Below are positions 62,286 to 64,000 of a DNA stretch of 64,000 bases, one piece after another (position 1 is the stretch's first letter; each line of letters begins with the position of its first letter). Below the pieces are notes generated by a model that was not told where the DNA came from, made no database searches, and worked only from the letters and a program-made list of their open reading frames with translations. The position numbers were made by a program, and so were the translations under genes. This stretch comes from Woeseiaceae bacterium (GTDB taxonomy: Bacteria; Pseudomonadota; Gammaproteobacteria; Steroidobacterales; Woeseiaceae): positions 20,088-84,087 of the forward strand of contig JAXHLH010000003.1 of assembly GCA_034522415.1 (NCBI GenBank), read 5' to 3'.

Positions 62286-62974
62286 CTATTCGCGGTTCAG
62301 CAAGAGCATCAGGACGTAGTAGAACATCAGCGCGATCGAGGCGAACAGCGCCATCGACGCGGCGACGTACCGGTCCTGCGGGTAGTGGTGCATGATGTTC
62401 GATGTGTCGTACAGAACGGCGGCACCGGCAAAGCCGATCATCGCGACCGAAAACCACGTACCGAGCTGAAACCCGAACAGGATGCCGCTGACGATCGCGA
62501 CCATCGCCAGCACGAAGCCCCACATCAGGATGCCCCGCAGGAACGAGAAGTCCTTGCGCGTGATCATGGCGACGGCGATGAGACCCACGCTGCCCATGAT
62601 TGTCACGCCGGCGGCGCTGTCGATTACGCCGGGCTGCGTCGTGTACGCGATGTAGAGGAGTGGCGTGAATACCAGGGCCTCGACGACGACGAAAAAGCCG
62701 AAGGCGGCGTACTGGGCCGGTTGCGAACTGATCCGGTGCGCCACGTGCGATGCGCCCCAGCTCGCGAGCATCAGGCCGCCGATGACCAGCAGCCAGTTGT
62801 TGAGCAACGGCTCTGCAATGCGTGCGGCGATGCCTGACGAAAGAGGTAGGCCTCGACAGCGGCGAACGCCAGGATGGCGCCGACCACGTGCGCGTAGCAT
62901 TTCCAGATGAATTGCGAGCGATCCTCGACCGACGCGTCGGCGACCGGGGACAGGTAATTCACGTTCTTGTTCAT
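62286..62974 (-). CDS. Bax inhibitor-1/YccA family membrane protein (frameshift near 62838)
   Basis: DRSQFIWKCYAHV, TRKDFSFLR, AVLYDTSNI and LFASIALMFYYVL motifs. Confidence 0.88.
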
Positions 62975-63090
62975 GCAGGCACTCTCGCCAGGCGAAATCC
63001 AGGCGGTCATTCGAGCATTCCGACGGGCGCGGGAAAGGGGCCGCGCACGGTACCGGCTACCCGGGCGGCCGGTGCCCGTGCGGATATTGC

Positions 63091-64000
63091 TCAGCGCCGC
63101 ACGTACTTTTTCAGGGCCCGCGGGCCGACTTCGGCGCCGTAAACGTTGCCCGCGGCATCGACCGCGACACCCTCGGCGCCGCTGGTGCCGGAGTTGTCCT
63201 GTCTGGCTCGGATCGGGATGAACGCGTTGACGAAACCGTCACGCACGCTGCCGATACGGCATGCCGCGCTTCCAGCCGGGATTGCGTCCTCGTTCGACTC
63301 GGAATCGGCCGAGTAAAGGATGTCGTTCGTCGATCATGAAAAGGCCGACTCGCCGGCCGAACTGCGTCCAGGTCGCAAGGTGCTTGCCGCCCTGGCCGAA
63401 GATCTGCGATACGGCTGTCGCCGCGGTCGGCCACGAACAGGCGGCCCTGGCGAGTCCATGGCCAGCGCGTGCGGGTCACGGAACTGACCGTCGTTATCGC
63501 CGGTCGTGCCCCACTGCCCGAGGAAATTGCCGTTCTTGTCGAATTTGACAATACGATTGTTGCCGCTGGCATCGTGGCCATCGGCAACGAAAATGTCGCC
63601 ATTGGGCGCGACCAGTACGTCCGACGGCTTGGTGAACGTGTCCTCGCCGGTGCCGGCGACGCCTTCCTTGCCGAGCGTCATCAGCAGCTCGCCGTCGGGG
63701 CTGAATTTCATGACCGTGTGGCCGACACCGTCGGGCACCGGCGCATAACCGACCGGCGTTCGCGCATCCAGACGTTGCCATCGGCGTCGACGAAGATGCC
63801 GTGCGGCCAGACGATCTGGCCGGCACCGAACTGCCGTACCGCGTTGCCGTCCTTGTCGAACAGGATGACCGGGTCCAGCGTGCTGCCGACGCACAGGTTG
63901 GCGCGCGCAGCGTTCGGCTACCCAGATATGTTCGCCGTCATTGGCGGGAAATACGGCGCTGGTAGCGCCCCATTCACGGCCCGACGGCAGCTTTGCCCAT
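63091..64000 (-). CDS. NHL-repeat protein (peptidyl-alpha-hydroxyglycine lyase-like; 5' end outside window; frameshifted)
   Basis: WPHGIFVD, FTKPSDVLVAPNGDIFVADG, RIVKFDKNG, QFRDPHALAMD, LFVADRG, GVAVDAAGNVYGAEV. Confidence 0.85.

Overview
High-GC bacterial chromosomal segment with Gammaproteobacteria-type gene order (possibly a Woeseiaceae-like lineage; that assignment is inference only). From left to right it holds: the rne-rluC-maf-yceD-rpmF-plsX-fabH core cluster; an L,D-transpeptidase/Lpp-OprI pair; ppk1; an accessory block from about 12 to 37 kb; a lexA-imuA-imuB-dnaE2 SOS mutagenesis cassette with two canonical SOS boxes; gspCDEF; and the conserved clpS-clpA-infA-aat-trxB-ftsK-lolA-rarA-serS cluster. 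The accessory block contains a membrane-anchored HTH-TPR regulator, an EF-hand protein, an acylase, rhlE, a DUF2946-like leader plus a His-rich TonB receptor, tandem amidohydrolases, a hydrolase-LuxR regulator plus mddA, a CHASE4 kinase with a response regulator, iorAB and an acid phosphatase. Many genes, including essential ones, carry 1-nt frameshifts, which most likely reflect uncorrected long-read errors rather than pseudogenes. I saw no rRNA, tRNA, CRISPR array or transposase. Best candidates for undescribed biology: (1) an RGPP-type leader peptide and structured RNA ahead of a ZnuD-like receptor; (2) an XRE-TM-TPR one-component regulator with a 10-bp-phased triple operator facing two unknown envelope genes; (3) a REP-like nested palindromic repeat cluster abutting the lexA SOS boxes; (4) a hydrolase-LuxR regulator with paired palindromic boxes upstream of the DMS-producing gene mddA.
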